IMG/VR virus record: IMGVR_UViG_3300042691_025398 | Coordinates: 119,814-183,813 of that record | Source of the DNA: a virus | Taxonomy: Duplodnaviria; Heunggongvirae; Uroviricota; Caudoviricetes | DNA: 64,000 bases | Reading direction: 5' to 3' (one strand) | Shown here: positions 26,481 to 34,717 of the stretch, in pieces | Numbering within the stretch: position 1 is the first letter of the stretch | Layout: each line of letters opens with the position of its first letter | Notes under the pieces: model-generated | The model's database searches: none | The model's input: only the letters and a program-made list of their open reading frames with translations | Told to the model about the DNA's origin: nothing | Position numbers and translations under genes: made by a program

Positions 26481-27373
26481 ATAAACTTGTTGATTCCGGA
26501 TTCTTCATCCATGTAGTCTGGATTGGCTTGTTCTTGTTGACCACGACGTCGTGAACAATACATTTCACAAGCCAGTGATGCCTCTTCTAAACTTTCAAAA
26601 GCAGTTGGCAAAACTTTTTCACTTACACTGACTCTAAATCCATCATCTTCGTTGCCGTGTATTCTAATTTCTTTGCCATCTGGGGTGTTTATGGTTTTCA
26701 ATGGCAAAAATTTTTCTATGTCTGGTTTTTGTAATTCTTGCTTGGCTTTTCTAATTAATGAACGATCGCGGCCAACCAGTTCGTCTTCAACACTGCGGAG
26801 ATAATCATGTAGTCCTCGACGGATCTTGCCCAGTACGTCTTCAGCTGCAATCATTTGCTGCACACTGTCTGTTTCTTTTACAGCATCTGTTTTTTTGGGA
26901 TATCCATGTTTGATATCTAGACTGTATCCACTAAGGCCTTTTTTATCCAGCACATCGCTGATAAACTGTTCTGCCTCTTTGGCATTGGTAAAACGATCAC
27001 CTAGATCATATTTGCGTGTTTCGCCATCAATGGTTACATAGGCAATGGTTATGGGCTTGACCACAGGTTCTGCTGCATATGAAGGGCTGCCTAAAGCTGT
27101 GGCGGCTGCTAGAGTAGCAGCACCAAGTGCTGACTTGATGCCTTCTTCAATGTCTGGATCTGCACTTTCACTTGCACCCACCGCATATCCTCGCATGGGG
27201 TGATCAGGATCGGTCTTGGCACCTAGCACTGATATTTTTGCAGGCTTGAACAGTGCAGGCAATTGAGGCACAGACTTCTGTTGTTTGTTTAGATCTTTTG
27301 ATAACTCAGCTGAGGTCACACTGCCTTCTGCAATGGTATCAAGTCGGGCTAGTATTTGATAAAAGTCGTTCAT
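26477..27373 (-). CDS. modular hypothetical protein (probable virion cargo)
   Basis: 298 aa; hydrophobic-x-E junctions (IAE, IEE, VKE); internal signal-like helix. Confidence 0.75.
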   Translation of the reverse strand: MNDFYQILARLDTIAEGSVTSAELSKDLNKQQKSVPQLPALFKPAKISVLGAKTDPDHPMRGYAVGASESADPDIEEGIKSALGAATLAAATALGSPSYAAEPVVKPITIAYVTIDGETRKYDLGDRFTNAKEAEQFISDVLDKKGLSGYSLDIKHGYPKKTDAVKETDSVQQMIAAEDVLGKIRRGLHDYLRSVEDELVGRDRSLIRKAKQELQKPDIEKFLPLKTINTPDGKEIRIHGNEDDGFRVSVSEKVLPTAFESLEEASLACEMYCSRRRGQQEQANPDYMDEESGINKFI

Positions 27374-27813
27374 GCTCGCGCCTCTTTTAAAAATGAGCGC
27401 AGCATCCAGCGATGTTTGCCCATGGCGTCAATTCTACCAGCAAGGAAATCCATGATACCCTGTTGATTTTCAGCTTCAGCATCTTGAAACGCCATGTTTA
27501 GAATCTCAAGCATTTTATCAGAATCTTGATATAATTCTTCAATCATGAGTCTAGCTCTTGGCACCTTGATCTGACCTTGGATTAGGGAAAGTTCTTGAAA
27601 TCGCTCAAAACTACCTGGTGCGTAGTCATCAAGGACTCTAATGAATTCTGCTGTGCGGTCTATGCTATTTCCATATACTTCTTCGTAGATTTCTCCAAAG
27701 AATTCATGCAACTGGGCAAAATCAGGCCCTTCTACATTCCAATGAAAAAACTGTGCTTTGATCACAAAAGCATAACTTGAGGCAAGAACTTTCTTTAAAG
27801 ATTCAGCTAGCAT
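27370..27813 (-). CDS. dps: Dps-family ferritin-like DNA protection protein
   Basis: FFHWNVEGPDFAQLHEFFGEIY, DRTAE and KHRWML. Start moved to MLAES at 27813. Confidence 0.85.
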   Translation of the reverse strand: MLAESLKKVLASSYAFVIKAQFFHWNVEGPDFAQLHEFFGEIYEEVYGNSIDRTAEFIRVLDDYAPGSFERFQELSLIQGQIKVPRARLMIEELYQDSDKMLEILNMAFQDAEAENQQGIMDFLAGRIDAMGKHRWMLRSFLKEARA

Positions 27814-27982
27814 TTTTATTCCGTTTAATTTGTTTAGGTTTTGGCCTATTTGCATATTTATAAGACGCAGGCGGCCTGCTCATTCTTGATACCATGGGCA
27901 TGTGCCCAAGTCCTGTGCTCACAGTTGCAATGTTGGCACTGCTGGTAGACATGTCTTCTTTGATAAATTCCCAAGCTCTCAT
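27803..27982 (-). CDS. 59-aa MRAxEF-motif protein (below ORF-track cutoff)
   Basis: Hand translation MRAWEFIKEDMSTSSANIATVSTGLGHMPMVSRMSRPPASYKYANRPKPKQIKRNKNAS*. Confidence 0.65.
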   Translation of the reverse strand: MRAWEFIKEDMSTSSANIATVSTGLGHMPMVSRMSRPPASYKYANRPKPKQIKRNKNAS

Positions 27983-27984
27983 GA

Positions 27985-28269
27985 TTAGCCTATCAAGATT
28001 ATTCCGTTGCTTTTGACTCTAACTGGTCCATATAAAGCCTGAATAGATATCACATCCAATGAAGCCAAACAAGGTTGTACCAGTTCAAATTTAATTTGGT
28101 ACTTGCCCGGTACAGCTTGTATTTGGAAAATTTCTTCTATTAGATTGTCAGTCCAAATCCAGGTTCTTTCAGTAAACAGCTCGTTGTTTACCCACGCACG
28201 ATAGGCAGGATACAGTCCCTCCCAGTGGCAGTTCAGCTTACAGGCAATTTTAACGATGTCATTGGACAT
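27985..28269 (-). CDS. hypothetical protein
   Basis: 94-aa ORF with TAAATA 4 nt upstream. Confidence 0.65.
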   Translation of the reverse strand: MSNDIVKIACKLNCHWEGLYPAYRAWVNNELFTERTWIWTDNLIEEIFQIQAVPGKYQIKFELVQPCLASLDVISIQALYGPVRVKSNGIILIG

Positions 28270-30131
28270 GCTATATTTAGCTCAAAATCGGCTGACATAT
28301 CCAAGGGTGTAAGAGCAATTGTGGCCTTGCCAAATCCTTCTTTTCTACGCAGAACCACAAAACTCACAAACTCTTCGATGTCCGCCCAAGATTCTGTTTG
28401 TCCTGATGAAAACTCGCATGAAACTGGAGCCTGTGTTATCACGGGTTCTTGATCTATGATCCAATCAATCAAATTGCTGGCCAGTGTGACTGTGGTCACT
28501 GGTGGCCCATATGGATCAATTACCCAGTATCGCTGTAGCTCAATCACTTCTTGTTGATTTTGATCCTCACAAATGCTGCTAAACCATGTGGCCAGCTTGT
28601 CAAGGTATAGATCGCGATGCCTATACATGTCTTTCACTGTGTCCCATAAAGCATAATATTCAATACTGCGACCATGTTGATAAAAATCATTCACTGTGTT
28701 TCTAAAAGCTTCTAGCTTTGGCTTAAAGAAATTGTCTGAGTTCAACCACTGTTCAAAGTGTTCATAGATGTGTTTGTAAGTGAATCCGCGCTTGCGCAGA
28801 TAACGAGCATATAACTCTGTCCATCCGTGATGATGAAACGTGATAATCAGCCAAGAAAACACCATGGCATCTACCATGTCTGTGGCTGTCATGGTACTGG
28901 TTTCTGTGGCCACATGCTGTTGTTCATTAATGCCACTACGAGCGCAGGTCCAATAATCTGATATCACAGTGCTTTTGATTTTATACTGTTCAACCTGTTT
29001 GGTCATTTCAGCGTTGCGCAGCAGTTCAATCGGAGCCACAAACACACATCCATGTTGACCCATTTCTATTAGATCCAGATGTCCTTGTCGCCAACTGTCC
29101 AGTGTTTCTTCTGGCATGCCTAGTATGAGTTCAGTATAGAAAGGAATGTGTTTGCGATTGCATGCATGAAACAATGAACTTTGATCGTTCAGTTTCATGT
29201 TCTTGCGTTTGATGGCTTCAAGCGTGGGTTCATGCATGCTTTGCACACTGAGAGTTAGCCCACGATTGAGACCATGACGAGTGAGTTCTTCTGCAATGTC
29301 TAGTATCACTTCATTGGAGTTTTTGTACCATGTGCAACTGATCTGTTGAGGGTATCCGTATTTTTGTTTGGTTTGAATAAAACATTCTGCAATGGCTCGA
29401 TCTCTATCTGGAAACACACCAAAGTTAGCATCGGCCAAGGATATGAATTCAATTTTGTTTTTACCAGCCCACTCTATTTCAGCAAAAACTTTTTCCAAGG
29501 GAAACTTCTTTATCTTGGCATAGGTAAGACTACCCCAGTCACAAAAGGTGCAGGGAAAAGGACAGCCTCTATTGGTTTCAATAGTCATGGCATAGGCGAA
29601 ACCAGGATCTGCAACCAAATGATCAAACATGCCCATTAGATAGGGACTGGGTACATCAAGGTCTTCTACTCTATGTGCAGCATAGTCTCTTCGCACACGC
29701 TGATCCAGTATGTCATTTAGCACTGTACGAAATGCAATTTCACCTTCATAGCGAATTGACACATCAATCCAGGGATTGTCCTTGCGCCATTGTCTTAGGG
29801 GTTCTTCTTCATTGGGAACATTAGGACCGCCGAAAATAATCACGCAGTTAGGGAATCGATCTTTAACAGCTTGACTCAGCGCAAGATTATAATTTTCATT
29901 CCAAATGTAATTGCTGAATCCACAAACAGCAGGATTTTCAAGACTGTTGACCACTTGGTCCACTGGATCACGCAAGATGCCAAGACCAGCCAAATGGAAA
30001 TTTTCCGCAAGTCTTGGATCAGTCATGGCGTAACTCCAAATGCAGCCCACTGTGTAGGGTAGCCATACCGAAGTGACATTGCCATGCCCCATTTCAAAAT
30101 TTGGGGCGTAGAGATACACGTTTTGTTTCAT
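28233..30131 (-). CDS. cobalamin-binding radical SAM protein
   Basis: N-terminal B12-binding Rossmann pattern (VCGFSNYIWN, IIFGGPNV), ETNRGCPFPCTFC, LADANF and ELILGMPEET. Confidence 0.85.
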   Translation of the reverse strand: MKQNVYLYAPNFEMGHGNVTSVWLPYTVGCIWSYAMTDPRLAENFHLAGLGILRDPVDQVVNSLENPAVCGFSNYIWNENYNLALSQAVKDRFPNCVIIFGGPNVPNEEEPLRQWRKDNPWIDVSIRYEGEIAFRTVLNDILDQRVRRDYAAHRVEDLDVPSPYLMGMFDHLVADPGFAYAMTIETNRGCPFPCTFCDWGSLTYAKIKKFPLEKVFAEIEWAGKNKIEFISLADANFGVFPDRDRAIAECFIQTKQKYGYPQQISCTWYKNSNEVILDIAEELTRHGLNRGLTLSVQSMHEPTLEAIKRKNMKLNDQSSLFHACNRKHIPFYTELILGMPEETLDSWRQGHLDLIEMGQHGCVFVAPIELLRNAEMTKQVEQYKIKSTVISDYWTCARSGINEQQHVATETSTMTATDMVDAMVFSWLIITFHHHGWTELYARYLRKRGFTYKHIYEHFEQWLNSDNFFKPKLEAFRNTVNDFYQHGRSIEYYALWDTVKDMYRHRDLYLDKLATWFSSICEDQNQQEVIELQRYWVIDPYGPPVTTVTLASNLIDWIIDQEPVITQAPVSCEFSSGQTESWADIEEFVSFVVLRRKEGFGKATIALTPLDMSADFELNIACPMTSLKLPVS

Positions 30132-30139
30132 CCGGTTAT

Positions 30140-30370
30140 TTAATAGGGACGTTTTTCAGCTTCACTTTTACAGCCTTCCCACCAGCTGTTACTATTACCA
30201 GGAGGACACATGGCAGGATTTGTAATGCCACGTGCTTGTGCCCATGTATCCCCAGCTTGATGGCCAGAGCAGTCTTTGGTACATGGATATGTACGCCAGG
30301 TAAGACCTGTGTCTACTTCGCGTATGCCTTTGCGTTTTGCACGTTTGCGAATGAATTCACGAGCTCGCAT
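30140..30370 (-). CDS. small Cys-containing MRAxEF-motif protein
   Basis: True start MRAREFI at 30370; YPCTKDCSGHQAG module. Confidence 0.7.
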   Translation of the reverse strand: MRAREFIRKRAKRKGIREVDTGLTWRTYPCTKDCSGHQAGDTWAQARGITNPAMCPPGNSNSWWEGCKSEAEKRPY

Positions 30371-30588
30371 TATATCAGTTTCTTTCCTGGCGGCAGGCGT
30401 TTTACTGCGCCAATATCGTGGGTTTTGATATTGTACTGTGCTTTGATTAGAGCGCGAGCTGCGGCTGCGCTGGGTGCGCTCACTGTGACATTGATTCTGC
30501 CAAGATAACCTGGTTGACTGATCTTGATCGTGGCCTGCCACAGATCATAATTTTGAATGGTATTTTCAAAAATATCAGTCAGTAACAT
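30370..30588 (-). CDS. small hypothetical protein
   Basis: True start MLLTDIFE at 30588, coupled to both neighbours. Confidence 0.65.
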   Translation of the reverse strand: MLLTDIFENTIQNYDLWQATIKISQPGYLGRINVTVSAPSAAAARALIKAQYNIKTHDIGAVKRLPPGKKLI

Positions 30589-30986
30589 TATTTCAATTGT
30601 CCTGTTTTCATAACAGCCGCGGCGTTTTTCATATTGGATGCTGGTGGTACCGCACCACCAGCTGCTGGATTGCCAGCACCGCGTGAGATACTGATGGGTC
30701 CAATCTTGGTTGTTGGTGGCTGTGTACGACCGGTCCAACTGCCGTCTGGTTTGGTTGAAGTTACATTAACATTTGAGGGTATGGAAGCGGAAGCAGCTCG
30801 TTGAGTTTTTATCTCTTGATCCATTGCATCAAGATTTTTAGTAAGGCTATTAGAGTAATCTTGAATATCCTGTGCAATGTTTTTGGCCATGCTGCCTGTG
30901 CTCATGGCTCCGGCTTTCACAGCATCTTGGTAGGGCATTTCAGATTCTGTTTTGGTTTTGGATTTTATAAATTCTTTTGCCTTCAT
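30588..30986 (-). CDS. MKAxEF-motif hypothetical protein
   Basis: True start MKAKEFIK at 30986 (ATGA overlap). Confidence 0.7.
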   Translation of the reverse strand: MKAKEFIKSKTKTESEMPYQDAVKAGAMSTGSMAKNIAQDIQDYSNSLTKNLDAMDQEIKTQRAASASIPSNVNVTSTKPDGSWTGRTQPPTTKIGPISISRGAGNPAAGGAVPPASNMKNAAAVMKTGQLK

Positions 30987-32314
30987 TTTTTTCGTCCTGA
31001 TTTCATGTTTGCACACCAGTGTGCCATGCGCTGGCGTTCACCCGAGCTGTTGCTGGCTATGCTTCTCAATTTACTTATTGACTGTTTGCAATTAACTCCA
31101 ACACGCTTGGCTAATCCCTTGCGTCCGGGCTTTTTACCATCGGCAAAGTTTTCTGTTACCCCATCATCGGGCTTTTTGAATTGCATTTTACGACCACTAC
31201 GCCATTGGTCGTACATCACTGCTGGATCTCGTTCCCACACAGTTTCGCCAGTGCCATCTTTAATTGTAAAGATTTGATTGTCTGCACTATCTGGATCTGT
31301 GTCTATTATAATCTCAACTTCTTGAATAGCCGGGCCCAAGGAGGGAAATTCTCCAATTAGATGTGAGCGATATGGATCGCCCACGTATAATTTAAATGGA
31401 CCAAATCCGTCTTCACCAGGATCAAATTCATAAAGTCTAACCACTGAAGTTACTCCGTGAGCATGGGGCTCACCGGGAATCACAGTGTTGAGCATGAGCG
31501 CACCACTGTCCAGCATCAACATGCCAAGTGATATATCAGTCTTTGGATCAAACACCCAGACTTTTTGGCCTGTTTCAACTTTTTTCAGTTTCTTTGACAC
31601 CTTAGACAAACGACGCAGTGTTTTTTCAACTGCGCTAATCTCAATGTTGCGACTTGCGGCTTGATCATAAAGATGTTTATGAATAGGTATTACTAGACTA
31701 CCAACAGTAGCAGTGCCAAGAATTTTTGGACTATACAACGTGCCAACAGTGGCTTCATCAACAGTGTCGCTGTTGATGTTGTAGATCTTTTTCAACTGTT
31801 CTATAGCTGAAGACGCATTGTTCCAACGGTACAGCACAGCTATACCGCCGTCGGCCTGCCAGGCATTTACATATTTTTTAAAATCATCAACCAACACATT
31901 TGCTTTGCCATTGGCAGTGGCATAGCGTTGTTTTTCATTAGTAAAAATAGCAGAGTCTGCGGTGCCTGGATGATGACGATTCAACCATGTGAGTTTGCCA
32001 CGTATGCTGGCGTCTTCATTGCCGCGTAATGGAGCACTTAGAATTGTGTACTGAATATTGTTGTCGCGTAGAAAAGCGATCAGTTGTTGTGCTCCTGGTA
32101 AAACTGGCAAGGTGGCAAAAAACTTTTCCACAAATTCTGGACCACGACTATTGAGGTCAGCGATACTGGCTTCACGAGCAGCACGATCACCAATTTCTTT
32201 ATACTGCTCTTTGCCAAACAGTCTAGCCCAGGCTGTGAAAAAATCAGCTTGTACTCCATCCATGTCTAGATATAGATGCGGACGATGGCCTTGCGTGAAT
32301 TCTGATGCTCTCAT
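30983..32314 (-). CDS. HAD 5'(3')-nucleotidase (NT5C-like) fused to C-terminal modules
   Basis: LYLDMDGVQADF (DxD), ILSAP, GKLTWL and VLVDD; MRASEF start; modules after VDE, LYE and VTE. Confidence 0.85.
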   Translation of the reverse strand: MRASEFTQGHRPHLYLDMDGVQADFFTAWARLFGKEQYKEIGDRAAREASIADLNSRGPEFVEKFFATLPVLPGAQQLIAFLRDNNIQYTILSAPLRGNEDASIRGKLTWLNRHHPGTADSAIFTNEKQRYATANGKANVLVDDFKKYVNAWQADGGIAVLYRWNNASSAIEQLKKIYNINSDTVDEATVGTLYSPKILGTATVGSLVIPIHKHLYDQAASRNIEISAVEKTLRRLSKVSKKLKKVETGQKVWVFDPKTDISLGMLMLDSGALMLNTVIPGEPHAHGVTSVVRLYEFDPGEDGFGPFKLYVGDPYRSHLIGEFPSLGPAIQEVEIIIDTDPDSADNQIFTIKDGTGETVWERDPAVMYDQWRSGRKMQFKKPDDGVTENFADGKKPGRKGLAKRVGVNCKQSISKLRSIASNSSGERQRMAHWCANMKSGRKK

Positions 32315-32931
32315 TATCTTGTCCTTGTAGCAGAGAACACCTTCATGTAATCCTTGAAGTTTTCGTGTCTATCTGCCAATCCATTTAACTTGGGGTTGAT
32401 TCGCTGTGTTACCGCACGAGTGTCGTTGAAATTGCTCACCGCAGGCCTCACACGACTGGCCCAGTACCACACAGCTATTTTTGCTGCTATGTCAGGTCTA
32501 CTGGCCAGTTCGGGTCGGTCTTCCAGTGGTAGTCCTAGGGCTTGTCCGGCACGGCGATAATTATCTCTACCAGTTATTTGTATAAAGCCACGGCCTTTGT
32601 ATCGCACACCATCACCTTTATAAACATTGCCTAGATCTCTGCGTCCTTCGTATTCTTTGCCACTAGCATATTCGTGCATGCGTTTGAATCCAGCTGATTC
32701 GTGAAAACACTGTGCGAGAAACTGTGCCAACTCAACTCCACGGATACCGGCTTGTTTTGCAGTGCGATGTAACAGCATTTCAGCATCAAAGTTTGCACTC
32801 AGAGCAGGCGGACTAACTTCAGGCGTGCGGGCTTGTGCACTGGGAACCCCGGCAGCAGACATAGCACCAGCACCCAAAGCTCCTAGGAATCCTCTACGAT
32901 CAATTTCCGTGATGAATTCAAGGGCTCTCAT
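32314..32931 (-). CDS. GH19 glycoside hydrolase (lysozyme/chitinase) with MRAxEF leader and Tat-like signal
   Basis: FLAQCFHESAGF and YKGRGFIQITG..NY; N-terminus MRALEFITE-IDRRGFLGALGAGAMSAAGVPSAQA. Confidence 0.88.
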   Translation of the reverse strand: MRALEFITEIDRRGFLGALGAGAMSAAGVPSAQARTPEVSPPALSANFDAEMLLHRTAKQAGIRGVELAQFLAQCFHESAGFKRMHEYASGKEYEGRRDLGNVYKGDGVRYKGRGFIQITGRDNYRRAGQALGLPLEDRPELASRPDIAAKIAVWYWASRVRPAVSNFNDTRAVTQRINPKLNGLADRHENFKDYMKVFSATRTR

Positions 32932-34052
32932 TTTAACTCCGTGTCACTTTTAGTAAAAGTATCAACAATCTTATAATGTCGAGGTCCTACCAATTCAAAA
33001 TCATACTTGTCATCGTCGTCAATTTTGAAAGGGCGAAGAAAATGTCTTGTCTTACGCTTAATTGCTAACGCACCGTTAGGAGTAAATCCTGTTTGCTCGA
33101 GGTCTGCACGATAAACTCTGCCCATTGCACCAATTACTGCTAGGTCTACTTGATAACCTTGCTTTAATAATCTATCAGTAATAGTAACAATCTGGCTGAT
33201 CCCTTCACCATCATCACCATCACGGTCGTCTAGGAATTCGTTTAATTGTGCATTGAAAATTAACTCTGCAAGTTTAAGTGCATTGTCTCTAGTTTTTGGG
33301 ATCGCTACACCGGCTTTACGACCTCTGCCAAATCCTTGTTCATAATCAAGCAAATGAATATTAACAGTAGGGTATTCACCTCGCTTACCTACTAGACTAT
33401 AAAGTATTGCACCGTTTCGAGTTTTGTCTTTTGGTTCAAACTTTACGCTAACTTGCTCTGGTCGTTCGCCGTCTTTTCTAGTATATCCACGACCTAAATA
33501 TTGCTCTATAATATCAGCAAATTCAGTTAGTGGGAAAGACTCAGGATCTTCTTTACCGCCATCACCAAAGTCGGGAGTTGGTGCAAATTCATTTAAGGAA
33601 TCTTCCGCTACACCCGGATTCGTGCTGGTCAGTTCATAACTTACGCCATGTCCTGATTCCCAACGATCAACACGATATCCTAACGCACTGGCATAACGCT
33701 GTACTAATCTATCATATAATTTTGCACGACTGTCTGACTGTTGCGATTCGTCTTTTTTGGCTGCTTCAAATGATAACGACCTTGGATGATACTTTTTAAT
33801 AAATTCAGCTATTGCTGCTAACACAGTGGCAAATATTCTTTGTGCGTCACCTTCGCCAGTGACTGATTGACTGTGTCCACGCCAAAACTCTACAGAATAC
33901 TCATCTTCCCCTTCCTCATTGAACATAATAGAAAGATATGCCCCATCAGGAAGTAAAACTAGTGCATCGTGGTCATTGCCGTGATCACCTTTTTCCCAAC
34001 GTAGGTTATAGGGTTGATCAAACGCTTCAATTATAAATTCTTTAGCTCTCAA
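32928..34052 (-). CDS. modular MRAxEF-motif protein
   Basis: TTG start overlapping the upstream TGA gives (M)RAKEFIIE; internal module headers LNEFAP and LNEFLD. Confidence 0.75.
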   Translation of the reverse strand: MRAKEFIIEAFDQPYNLRWEKGDHGNDHDALVLLPDGAYLSIMFNEEGEDEYSVEFWRGHSQSVTGEGDAQRIFATVLAAIAEFIKKYHPRSLSFEAAKKDESQQSDSRAKLYDRLVQRYASALGYRVDRWESGHGVSYELTSTNPGVAEDSLNEFAPTPDFGDGGKEDPESFPLTEFADIIEQYLGRGYTRKDGERPEQVSVKFEPKDKTRNGAILYSLVGKRGEYPTVNIHLLDYEQGFGRGRKAGVAIPKTRDNALKLAELIFNAQLNEFLDDRDGDDGEGISQIVTITDRLLKQGYQVDLAVIGAMGRVYRADLEQTGFTPNGALAIKRKTRHFLRPFKIDDDDKYDFELVGPRHYKIVDTFTKSDTELK

Positions 34053-34717
34053 TCTAGCAACCCTCCTAACCATAACACAAAAGGATCATTTACAACGATA
34101 GTACCGTCGGCTCGTCGCATGTAATTTCCTTTATGTAAATCAATTGAGTATCCTTGCTTACGTCCAAAACGTTTGACATCATACACTGTGTTTAGTAAAT
34201 TCGCTGCTGCTCGCTTACCACCTAAATGCTTTACAGCGTCTTTTAACTCATACCACGTACCACCGCCTTCATCGTTGAACGTATGCATAGCATACTGAGC
34301 TATTGTTTGAAGTTCTTTTTTGTAATCTGTTTTACGTTTCTTTATAACTTCATCAACATGAGCAACTAGATATCCTATTTCGTCAGGTAACTCTTGCAGT
34401 GGTTCCATCCTTGCTTGAATATAATTTTGACCTTGAAATCTAAAACTTTCAAATCCTGAAAATCTTGGCAGGTGCGGATTTTTTTTATTTTTATTGCAAT
34501 AGTTGATCCAGTTAATAAACATACGTTGATCAGGGCTGAAATCTTTTTGACCTTTACGATAACCAAACACAATCAACACCTGTCCTGTGCCTGGCTCCAG
34601 GTAGGCTTGTTTGTCAATACCACCACCTAGATATTTGTATCCTTTTTGTGACAAGGCTTGGCTTATGCCAACATTAATGACACCGGCCATTTCTGTGGTG
34701 AATTCGGAGGCTCTCAT
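34049..34717 (-). CDS. protein-kinase-like (PKL fold) protein with MRAxEF leader
   Basis: Gly loop YLGGGIDKQAY, MEPL, catalytic DLHKGNYM and VVNDPF. Confidence 0.7.
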   Translation of the reverse strand: MRASEFTTEMAGVINVGISQALSQKGYKYLGGGIDKQAYLEPGTGQVLIVFGYRKGQKDFSPDQRMFINWINYCNKNKKNPHLPRFSGFESFRFQGQNYIQARMEPLQELPDEIGYLVAHVDEVIKKRKTDYKKELQTIAQYAMHTFNDEGGGTWYELKDAVKHLGGKRAAANLLNTVYDVKRFGRKQGYSIDLHKGNYMRRADGTIVVNDPFVLWLGGLLD

